Of a stretch of 64,000 nucleotides of DNA, positions 35,690 to 46,590 are shown piece by piece. Under the pieces are notes generated by a model, which saw only the letters and a list, made by a program, of their open reading frames with translations, did no database searches and was not told the DNA's origin. How positions within the stretch are numbered: the stretch's first letter is position 1; each line of letters starts with the position of its first letter. This DNA comes from Microthyrium microscopicum (Eukaryota): the NCBI GenBank assembly GCA_010405405.1, contig MU004230.1, positions 3,072,627 through 3,136,626 on the forward strand. The letters run 5' to 3'. The position numbers and the translations under genes are program-made.

Positions 35690-37251
35690 TTTGATGTGAA
35701 TGAAGGGTATATGAGTATTATGGGTATCAAGCTGTGAAAAAAAGACAAGAGGTAGAACTATCGACTAGCGACAAGAGGGAAAGTGAGCGAAGACGTGGAA
35801 GAGGTAATCGATGTGAGAATAGTGAATAGGAATGAGGCTGCTAAAGAAGCTTCTGTACTATTCTGCTGGATGAACTTGGAAAGCTTGAGTGGTTGGATGA
35901 TAAGCAATGCCAACAGTGCCAACGGCCTCGGGACTTTATATTGATTTGGCAACCTGCAATGCATCTCGAAATGTCGGTCGCTCCTCATTGAAGGATTGAG
36001 CGAAACCAACACGAAGCGCTGCCAAGTGGTAGAAGTGAAAAGATCGGGGCAGTCTATGGTTGAGGCAAGACACTTGCCCGTGGCCAAGCATGTTGGCTAG
36101 TGTTGCGAATAGGTAATATGGAGCAGCCTCGAAGCTCCACAAGTGGGACTAAGAAAAGTTAGGCCAGAAAACAGTACTTGGCCGCAACTCACAAGTTACA
36201 GGACAAGGCGAAACAAAGTTGATGTACAAGTAGGATTCCAGATCTGCCCGTCCCTGTTTCAACTCCTCTGGAGGAGTTACACGGGGGGTGGCTTAATGGA
36301 CTTGGCCATAGCAACCCACGATCTTAGTAGTGTTGAATTCTAAGAAAGCCAGGAAGTCCTAGATGTCCAGTTGATGTCGCTTCGCATGGAAAGCCTGGAG
36401 AAGCAATTCTGGTCCGCATGCCACATTGCTTGGTGTTTAACTGCTCACGCTGTTCTGAAACTGCTTGAAGGCAAACCAGCTACGGCATGGATCACGTGTG
36501 TTCCATGCAAATCGGACAGTACAAACTGCATTCAGTTTACATAACGCAAATAGTTTATCTGCAAGTTCAAGATTCAAGTCTTCATCGAAGGTTGATGACA
36601 TTGGAAAGTAGCTTTTGGAGTTGGAGTTTACTGGGTGTGAGGGTTGCAGACATTTGACGGAGCTTCTCTTACGAAAGGCTATTTTAGGATAGATCCACTT
36701 GCAGATTGGCCTGTTTATGGCCCCGATCTCCAAATGTGAGAGAGAGTAGGCTTTTCGCGCAGACACGCCCTTGGCAGGAGGTGAGCGAGGTGACAATGCG
36801 GGTGCTTAATATGGGATGCGAAGCTCTTGGAGACAAGCACTTGTGAAGGCCAAGTTCAGCACTTACGGGAGGTGTTTGAAGTCTCTGGACATGACTTGTC
36901 AGTTCGCAGATCCAAGCCTGCTATTGTGACAACCAATCATTTCAATGGCCATCCCGGTAGCCTGTAGAGCGCTTCCAAACTGAACTGCAGATTAATGTAT
37001 ATTTGGGATTGTTGTTGTTTCTGATCATCTCGGAAGTCGGGAGAGCATCTGAAGCTCAAGGGAGGTGATTGATCAAGAGTCCGTGCTCGCATGCTCGAGA
37101 TCGATCATCAAGCAAGTGAATGACCATATTCATATTGATAGGTTATGGCCTGAGATGCTGTTGGAGTACAACACATTTCAGCCCCTTGAAGAAACTATTG
37201 TTGAGTTGAGAGTTAAGACGAAAGTTCACGAAACGAAAGCTCAACCAGTTC

Positions 37252-40200
37252 CAGTGTTGTAATGAATAGCTAAATAATCCAATTCTGAATACGCCACTAT
37301 TCTAAATAGCGCCTTAGCATATTCTAAATACGTAGTATAAATATATTTATGAATATTATAATAGAAATACATAATTAATTATATTACTTAGCTAAAAAAC
37401 GATAGAAATTAGTAGCTAGTTCTTTAATTAACTATCTACTATAGAATAAAGAAGCCTAAATAGCTAAGTAGCTTAGAAACTAAGCGACTAATTAGCTAAT
37501 AATTAGATATATAGAGTATTATTATTATTAAGAAGAGTAAAAAGATTAGAGTACGTAATAATAACTAAGTAGCGATTAGCTACGTAGTTATTAGCTATAG
37601 AAGTAATCTATCCCTAAACTTACTTACTAAATAGAATAAAATAAACCTAATTATCTAATTAGCTAGTAAACTTATAGGCTATAGCCTTATCTTACTAAAT
37701 ATAATAGTAATATACGTTATCCTAATAACTAAGAAGAACCTTATATTTAGTAAAGCGTTAGCTATGAACTATCTTAGAATAGATATAGTCTAATCCTTAT
37801 AATATATTAGAAATTATTAGCTAAAGAGTAAGTAGAACAAATAAGTTAAACTTCTTAGCTAAAGATAATAATAAGAAGGCCCTTAATATAAGAAGGACAT
37901 TAGCTAAAGATATCCTATAGTCTAATAGAGTTAACTTAAATAAGGATATTCTAATAAAGAGTATTAGCAAACTAGCGTAAGATAGCTTAGATAGTTAGCT
38001 AAGTAGCTAATTAACTAAATTAAAGTATATATTTATTAGCTAACTTATATTAGTTAGGTAATAAGCATAATCTAAGAAAGCGTACTAAATATTATCCTAA
38101 TTAAATTAAAGACACTTAGCTAGTTATTAATAGTAACTAATAGTAATAGTCTAAGTAGTATTAGTTAAGAAGTTAAGTTAGCTATAGTTAGTAATAGCAA
38201 ATAATAAAGAATTAGTTAAGTAATATTAGGTAGCTACGTAAATAAGAGCATAAGAGGAAATATTAAAAGGGTCTATAATAATAATTAATCTTTTATAGAG
38301 AACTATGTAGATAATTAGATAAGAAAAGTTAAAGTTATAGAATAGAAAAAGATAAAGCATTTTAGAATTTCTAAAAAGTTAAGGGTTAGTAGGGTTAAAT
38401 ACTTAAACTATATTTCTTAGCAAAACTTAAATAATATTTAGCTAAAACTTATAATACTAAAATAATTTATCTTTTAATTATTCTATAAATAATTAGCTAC
38501 TTATTTACTCTATAAATTCTACTCTTATTATTTACTTATCTAATAAGCCTAAAGATAAAGCGTAATTTAAGCCCCTTAGCTAAATAGCTAACCCTAAAGT
38601 ATAAGCAATAACTATATTATATCTACGTTAATTATCTAATTAGCTATTATTATGTTTACTTTCTTATATTAGTTAATATTATTATTAATATTTACTATGC
38701 TAATATTATAATCTTAAATAATTAACTCTCTATAAATAAAGATTAGAAGACTTAGAATATTAAATACGTTAACTAATAAGCTAACGTAGTTAAGACGCAC
38801 TAGTTTAATAAACTTTCTTAGGAAGAGTTTAATAGCTAGTTTAGTACCTAGGAGTTACTTAACTTAGCTACTTAGCTAACCTAAAAAGAAAAAGAAGAAA
38901 TTAATTCTATAGATAATAAAGATAATAATTATAATAATAATAATAATAACTAATTAGCCAATTAGCTAACGAAGGAGGACCTTATATTTATTTAAGCATA
39001 CTTAGATAATAACTTATTAGCTAAGGAGCTTATTAAGGATAATAGCAAAGAGGAGATAAGCAATAAAGACTTTATTATAGGCTTAGACGATAAAAAGAAA
39101 AAGGATATAGAGGAGAAAGAAGATAATAGTAATAATAAGGAGGATCTCTAGTTATTATTAACTAATAATAATAAGTAGTTTAAGATAATAGATATTAAGT
39201 TAGGTAACTTAATATAGCTAGCGTTAGCTAAAGATTATTCTATAATAAATTTAGAATAATAACTCTTTTAAAATTCTTTTTATTCTAAACTACCTAGCTT
39301 GTTTAATCGTCTAATTATAGTCTTTTATAAAATTACTTAACCTATAAAACCTTATCTTTAAAGTAATCCTATTAATATTCTTATTCTTATACGAAACGTT
39401 AATATACTTTAAGCTAAAGTATATATTCTCTCTTAACTTAATATTTATTCTTATCTTTAATCTATAAATAAAAGTCTTTATCCTACTATTAAACTAGACC
39501 TAAAAAGAAAGGATTCTTTATTAGCTAACTATTATTGTCTTCTATAATCTTTTTAATCTTATAAAAGAACTTTTAGGCTTTCTCTTTATTATCTAAAATA
39601 TAAAGAGGTATTATTTAAAGATACTCTCTATATTCCTAACTCTAATTACTAAGCTATTTTAAATTATTATTATATAATAGCTTTAGCTAAGGTAATAGCT
39701 AAGTTTATAAAAGAAAAGGACTCTTAAATTATATAAGGGTAGAAGTAATAAGTTAATCTTCTTTACGTAGTTTTATAAAAGATATTATTATAACCTATAA
39801 ATAATAAATCTTTAGTTAATTAGTAGGATAAAAGTTATAGCCTAGTAAAGATATTAATTCTCTTTATTATTTAGTTATATAGAAATATACTTAATAAAGC
39901 TATATCCTTTATATAAGCACAAACTAGCTTAATCTATTTAGGATTTAGTAAATAATAAAGTAGGCAATAAATATAAAGACTACTAAAAAGCTTATTATAG
40001 TTTTGCTTAAGAGTAAGTAGTATTATATAAAAATAAGGATCTACTTATAACCTAATAGTAGAAACTCTAGGAAATATTATTAGCTAAAGAGTAGAATAAA
40101 TAAAGAAAAGTTATATTTATTATAAGATCTAAAGATTAAAAATTAAGAGAATATAATTTTACGCTAAAGAAATAAAGCTATAAATATAGCTACTATAACC

Positions 40201-42533
40201 TTATATCTTAGCCTTATACTTATCCTCCTTCTTAGTTAATTATCTAGCTATCTCTTATTAATACTAATATTTTAATCTTTCTAAAGCTTTAATAATATCT
40301 TCTATAAGTCTAGCTCTACTCTAAATAATTATTTAATAAGATATTAAGAATACTTACTCTAGTTCTATACTTATAATAGAAATTATAAATAAGCTAATTA
40401 TAAGCTTTAAAAGTATTAGCTATTATATTTAAATATAATCTTATAGCTACTATTATAATATAGTAATTAGTAACTTACTAAATCCTACTATAAGTAGCTC
40501 TTTAAGATATATATTTAACTTATTATTAGCTAATACTATTAAAAAACTAGATTCTAAGAATACTTAGTTTTAATCTATTATAGTTTACTTTTCTTATTTC
40601 CTCTTCTTTATATAATAAAGCGCTTATTTAGAAATTATTATCATCTAAGTACTTAGACTAATATCTTTCTTCTATTTAGTCTAGATTAGTTAGATCTTCT
40701 TAACCTATACGTTTATAGATTAGTATTAAAACCTACTAAGATTTTAAAGGTAGGTTATCTAATATCCTAGATAGAGAAGAGTTATAAAAATATAAAGAGG
40801 ATATATCTAAATAATATCCTACTACTTATTCTATATATCTATATAAGTATTAATACGCTATAGTATATTCTTTTTATAAGTAATAAGTTATTTCTAATAA
40901 AGTTAGATTATACGATTAGCTAATAATAAGAAGTAAAAATAAACCTTTTTAGATATATACTTATTCTTCTAAGCATTAATTAATATTTTTAAAGCCTATA
41001 AAAAGAGAATTATAATTAAGATATTATAATTATAGCCTTTATTCTAAAGTATAAGTTCTTAAAAGATTTCTAAGAATTTTAAAATAATTTAAAGAAAGTC
41101 CTATTTATTAGGATTAAGCTAGTTATCTAATAAGTCTAGCTATCTCTTAATATAAAAATTAATACTAAATTCTAATCGTAAAGCATAGAAGATTATAAGA
41201 TACTAACTATTCTACCTTATTTAATTATTTAAAAAAACTATTCTACTAATATTCTTAATAAATATTTTTTATCTCTTAGATAAAGCTTAAATATAAATAA
41301 TAATATTATAAACCTTCCTTATAATACCTATAGATTAAAATTATTCTACTTATATTTAAAGTGCTTTAAGAATTAGTTCTTTATAATCTAAAGAAGTATC
41401 TTATTTATTATATGTAGCTAGTTCCTTTACTATTATTCTAGTAAATAAGAAACCTTCTATAATTAGATTTAAGATATACCTAAGATATCTTATATATTAA
41501 ACTATAGAATTCTAAGCAATAAGGATTAGCTAAGTAGCTAACTAAGTATAAACTACTATATAAAGAGTATTATTAGTAGTAGCATTATCTCTTATAATAT
41601 AGCCTAGTTAAGAAAAAATCTAATAGGTATCTAAGATTAGCTAAAGAGCTATAAATTAATTCTAACTACTATAACTAATAATACGTTAAAGACTTAATAA
41701 GGCTTATTCTTAATAGTTTCCTTAGACGAAGTAAGCTATAATACTAAGAAGTAGATAATTATTTAGTAATATCTAAATATCTAAAGTAAGATATATAAAA
41801 GATTAACTTTAGTATAAAGCTTTAGTTATTTTAGCTTAAGCTAATAGCTATTATAAAATAATATATAATTAGAAGGTTTAGCAACATCTAGGAAGAAACT
41901 CTATCATTTCTAAATTTAAAAGAACTAGAAGATATTAAAATTCTAGAGATTTAATAATAAAAATTAGTAAAGAATATTAGATAATAAATTAACAAATTAC
42001 TTCTTAAATAATATCTTTATTAAGCTTAGGTAGCTAAGATCTAATTATTTCTTATTACTATTATTAAATAATTATTAGTATAATATTTAAATTAATCTTA
42101 TAAGCTAACTTAAGATATAGTTAAAGATTTATAGTAATAGAATAAGAGTAACTATAATTTAGAGCTTTATAATATTATAATCTATAATCTCTCCTTAGAG
42201 TCTTTACTAGTTTGTTAGAATTTATATATTAAAAGTATATAGTAAGGTTCCTTATCTAATCTTAAGTAGCTTCTTTATTTTAGATTAAAAGATTAGAAAA
42301 AGAGATATTACTAAGGTCTACTTTAACTTTAAAGAAGGTCTTATATATAATAAAAGTAATAATATTTAAGTAAGTAGTATAGGCTAGTTAGCTAATAAGG
42401 AGTACTAAGACTATATAAATAATTTATTAGCGTATTTATTACTAATATTTATTAATATTTAGAATACGCCACTATTTAGCGCTATTCTCTATTTATTTAT
42501 ATTTAGAATACTATTCAATTCATTACAACACTG
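37252..42533. mobile_element. RIP-inactivated hAT-superfamily DNA transposon relic (5282 bp)
   Basis: Perfect 16-bp TIR CAGTGTTGTAATGAAT (37252-37267 and 42518-42533); 8-bp TSD ACCAGTTC (37244-37251) / ACTAGTTC (42534-42541); extremely AT-rich, TpA-rich, CpA/TpG-depleted interior with no ORF in the track. Confidence 0.88.
37287..42476. repeat. 15-bp subterminal direct repeat GAATACGCCACTATT near both ends of the hAT element
   Basis: Identical copies at 37287-37301 and 42462-42476. Confidence 0.8.
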
Positions 42534-42565
42534 ACTAGTTCCAAGATGGGCGAGGGGGGTAAGGT

Positions 42566-42614
42566 CACGTGCCTACGCGTTTGAATTTCCCAGCTCCACG
42601 CGTTCGCAACGCGT
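42566..42614 (+). promoter_or_regulatory. Cluster of three MCB elements (ACGCGT) plus a CACGTG box upstream of the DUF2439 gene
   Basis: ACGCGT at 42575, 42598 and 42609; CACGTG at 42566; 60-110 bp upstream of ATG 42676. Confidence 0.65.
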
Positions 42615-42675
42615 CATTCTACCTCACTCCGATCCTATCTTGCTTCCCTTATTCCAAAGCCATCAATGAAGTTAG

Positions 42676-44610
42676 ATGGAGTCAAGTCAGGCCGCTGTGC
42701 TGGAGTTCTCGTGCCAATTCACTCGACAAGTCAGACAGAAGCAGAAGAAATGGGCTGATGGCAAGCTGAAGTTTCATTGCTTCAACAAGAAGATTGTTGT
42801 ACGAGACGACAACGGTTCAATATTAGGAGGATGCCACCGATTAGATGGGATCGTTGAAGGAGATGAGGTATCCTTGGACAATGGACTTTTAGTTGAGGTT
42901 GGTGTCTTCATCAACGCCACCCAGACCAACCTCGCACCACTCTTTGACCGAAATACTCAACGATCTCAACATCCGGCGCAAAATCAGACTCCAAGGGCAT
43001 CCGTTATTGCCTCTCCTTTACCGCCTACTCGAGTCGGAAACACCAACTCAGAGTTTGGTCGGCCTCGCCCATCCCCAGCCACTAAACCAAAGCACAAGTC
43101 ATTGAGTGCTCTACTAAATTCCACCGGACCTATTGGAAAAGCCCGGCCGCAAGTTTCTCCCTTCGAAGAACGAAATGTTACAGCGGAGGAAGAAGATTTT
43201 GAGGAAGACGAGCAGAGAAATCCTCCGGTGAAGAGAAGACGCATCGAACCCCCTTCGCGGAAAGAGGCATGGACTGTCACAGCGTTGAGCCGGCCAAGTA
43301 CCTCTACGAAGCCCAAAGACACGATACATCCACCAACGAGACCTAAGAAGACCACCCTTGCTAAAAAGGCAAAACCAAAGCCCAGATCGCCTGGTCAGAC
43401 GACTCTACGAAGACAGACTATGATCGATCTCACAACTCCTTCTCCAAACGAACATGAGCCTTTGCAAAGCAGAGTCCCTACTCGAAACAAGGCTAGCGAG
43501 AGCGGACCTTCCATCAGACAAAGTTTGAGTGAACGCATTGGAGTTGGAGAGACTATTGTGCGCTCATCGTCACCGCCGGTCCGGGCCTCCAATACTGTTG
43601 TGCATGTCGACGAGTCCTTAGACATCATTGACGATGATGCTGCATCAGCGGCCTATGAGTTGGCCGAAGCTGAAAAGATACCTGGTGCTAGAAGCGATGC
43701 ATCTAGGCCTTTTGCTTCTCGCAACAATGGCTCTCGAATTGCAGCATCTCCAGATTTTCCATCAGGAGGTGCTCAAAATCGCGAAGAGCGGCGCAAAAAG
43801 TCCTTGAAACTTGTCTCCAATAAAAACAAGAGATCTCGTTTACTTTGTATGCAATCAGAAAATAAAGAAAACACCTCCGACCAGCAAGAAGACGAAATTG
43901 AGGAGCCACCTTCTGAAGCGGTACAACATAGGCCACGACAAGCTTCTGGAGGTCGAAGTCGAAATAACCAGGAACACCAGATAACTCCAGTACGACGGTC
44001 TATCGGAGCGCGGGGAGGACCGAAATCACCAGTCATTGTGGTTGATGAGGATGACTATGATAGTATTGATGATTTTCTTGCGACTTCCTCTCCTGCAAAA
44101 CCGAACCCTAGAAGAACGGCCGCCCCTATCGTTGCACCTTTAGGTCAGACGATTGTGCTGCCTGCTGGACCATCTGAAGCACCGGCCCAAGCATCTCCAC
44201 TTCGTAGCTCACTACGGCGCATACAATCAGAGTCTGACGCAGCGAGTAGTAGGAATGCTCAAGGCGTGAGGCCTGTCGATCAACAAGGCCCGGTGGGTGC
44301 TGGAAATACCCTGGCTGCTGCGGTTGGTGTAGCGAGGACAACTATGGCGGCTCCTCGTACATCCAATCTTCAAGATCGCCAGAATCGTCTCAATTTACAA
44401 CGGGGAAGAACATCGCTCACTCGCGCACAAACCCACGCTGCGGCCATAACGCCTTTCCGCCCGCCAATGCCACCAGTCGTGGAGCCAGAGCCCACACCGC
44501 TAGATTCGGGTCCATGGAGCCGCGAAGCTTTTGATTTGTTTGACTGGAGACCGCCGGATTGGGAAGCGAGGATGGCCGGAGTTCCCTCAACAGTTGGAAT
44601 GGTTGACTGA
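42676..44610 (+). CDS. DUF2439-domain protein (Mte1/ZGRF1 N-terminal-like), probably DNA repair related
   Basis: 644-aa ORF; N-terminal VLEFSCQFTRQVRQKQKKWADGKLKFHCFNKK pattern, disordered body, C-terminal GPWSREAFDLFDWRPP. Confidence 0.8.
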   Translation: MESSQAAVLEFSCQFTRQVRQKQKKWADGKLKFHCFNKKIVVRDDNGSILGGCHRLDGIVEGDEVSLDNGLLVEVGVFINATQTNLAPLFDRNTQRSQHPAQNQTPRASVIASPLPPTRVGNTNSEFGRPRPSPATKPKHKSLSALLNSTGPIGKARPQVSPFEERNVTAEEEDFEEDEQRNPPVKRRRIEPPSRKEAWTVTALSRPSTSTKPKDTIHPPTRPKKTTLAKKAKPKPRSPGQTTLRRQTMIDLTTPSPNEHEPLQSRVPTRNKASESGPSIRQSLSERIGVGETIVRSSSPPVRASNTVVHVDESLDIIDDDAASAAYELAEAEKIPGARSDASRPFASRNNGSRIAASPDFPSGGAQNREERRKKSLKLVSNKNKRSRLLCMQSENKENTSDQQEDEIEEPPSEAVQHRPRQASGGRSRNNQEHQITPVRRSIGARGGPKSPVIVVDEDDYDSIDDFLATSSPAKPNPRRTAAPIVAPLGQTIVLPAGPSEAPAQASPLRSSLRRIQSESDAASSRNAQGVRPVDQQGPVGAGNTLAAAVGVARTTMAAPRTSNLQDRQNRLNLQRGRTSLTRAQTHAAAITPFRPPMPPVVEPEPTPLDSGPWSREAFDLFDWRPPDWEARMAGVPSTVGMVD

Positions 44611-44674
44611 TGCGATGATATATGAATGAGACACGATACATTACATTATGCATACATAACCTCTACAATGAGAA

Positions 44675-46073
44675 TTATTCAACCACCCTGTGCGCAACCT
44701 CCTCTGGTAGTATGAAACTTGCACAGAACATGCGCTTTTTCGGAGCTACATCTCTTACATCAATTACTTCTACTTCGCCTTCTTTGCTGCCATCACCAGG
44801 CTTGAACGAGAAGTTGAGATGCTGTGATATCTCTTCGCATATTTTCTCTCCTTCTGCTTTGTTGTCATCTGATTTTGTATTGAAGCAGTACACGTGGATC
44901 TTAGGCAATGGAGTTCCTTTTGAAATGTTTGCCCCGGAATATAGACCTACGAACGAAGGTAGAAACGTCAATGCTGTGGCCGGAAGGTTCATCAGAAAAT
45001 GTGAGAACGTTTTCGGCTGAGTCATCCTCGTTTCTTGGAAAGGTTGCGGTTTAGATCTCGACTGTTTCTTGCGAAGCACTACTTCGCGATCTGTCTTGTA
45101 CAACTCTGCCGTTGCTCTTCGAATAAACTTGTGACCATCTTCATTGAACGGTAGCACGAAGTCGGCGACTTTGTTCCTGGCAATGCCATCCTTCAGTGCC
45201 GCATAACTCTCTGGGTTCAAGTCATTCGCCCATACAAAACATTTTTTCTTTCCGGCTGGTATAGCGAATGGACCAATTCCCCCCATCACGTCACATATTG
45301 CATCGCCTTCTTTAAAGAGGTTGACATGTCGCTCGTGTTCCGTGTTCAGTCTCGAATTCCAGTAAACTTTAGCATAGTTGAATAGAAATATGCAATCTTG
45401 TTCTTTCACCGTGACATTCATATCATCTGGTCCAGAAAGTACTTCGTATGAAAAGGTTCGGTATACGGATGCTTGACCGACGTCGTCTACCTTGTTGATG
45501 ATGGTTGTGATGGTGGGATTCTTGTCCTGTAATACTGTAGCTATCATTTGTTTGTATGGGAGATATTCATCTGGTAGATTCATGTGACCGACATGTCCTA
45601 CTTGCTGAAAAGCAGCGGTTAATCCGTCGAGAGCGTCTTCGGGTAGAATGGCATTCATGATTTCTCGGTAGGTCCAGTGGTCGTAGTCGATCTGTAGATC
45701 ATAGGGGATGAGACTTATTTGCTCGGTATTGACTAGTTGGCTCATGGTGTTTCCCCATGTTGAGTTGTCTGTCTATACGTGAGCTAATATTAGGTATATT
45801 ACAATATTGACTCATACCATTGTGTTTAAGGTCTGGACGTAGTAGAATGCATTTATTTCCAGATGCTTTTTTGGAAGGTTCTGGATCGGGTCGAATGCTA
45901 CTGATTCGCTCTATGCCTAATATGTCCCCGCTTTTGGAGAGTTCGTTTCGTAATTTTGATAATTGATTATTTTGGAAGACTCGAGCTGCGGATATGGGTA
46001 TCGTCTTTTTGAAAAAGCTTCTATCAAGCGTGCGCATAGCGCGATTTATAGGAGGTCGCATGTCTAGAGACAT
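44675..46073 (-). CDS. TRM5: tRNA (guanine37-N1)-methyltransferase Trm5
   Basis: Exons 46073-45818 and 45768-44675. RPPINRAMRTLDRSFF, KVYWNSRLNTEHER, DVMGGIGPFA, ANDLNPES, VRDVAPKKRMFCASF. Confidence 0.93.
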
Positions 46074-46590
46074 TTCGACTTGAACCTTCAGGGAAAATTG
46101 CTGGAATTTGGTAATGAAGTGGACATGGCGACTCACGACTCCCAGCCGAGATGAAAGAACAAAAACGAGGACTTCCTGTTTGGGAAACTTCCCTGCGACG
46201 TGGTGGACCCTGAAAAAAGGCGCCACCGTGGCGTCACTCCCCTCGCCCCAGGTGGATCTGTCAACAGTCCAGCAGGAACCAACGCGTCCTGTCACAAAGT
46301 CGTTGGTGTCCAAGAGGGCTGCAATACCTGGTTAATATCGACCACTTTAAGCTGCTCTGACATCTGTACCTTGCCATCTATCAGAAACCAGAGCGCGTTT
46401 TCATCCCAAAGAATCCTGAACGCGCCCGGCCGTGCGAGCTGTCAATTCAGTCATAGTTCGCCAGCTCCCTGATATGGCTAACTAGGCCACCGAGTCTTGC
46501 CCATTTCTACACCGCCGAACCTACTTTCGCAGCAGCCATATCGCACCCTATTAAAACCACGTATCTCATATCCCCCGGACATCTCCAACC

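Noticed and set aside
37252..42533. AT-rich block as a mitochondrial insertion, centromere or LTR retrotransposon
   Set aside because: Boundaries coincide with TIR plus 8-bp TSD, there are no long direct terminal repeats, and the dinucleotide bias is RIP-like.
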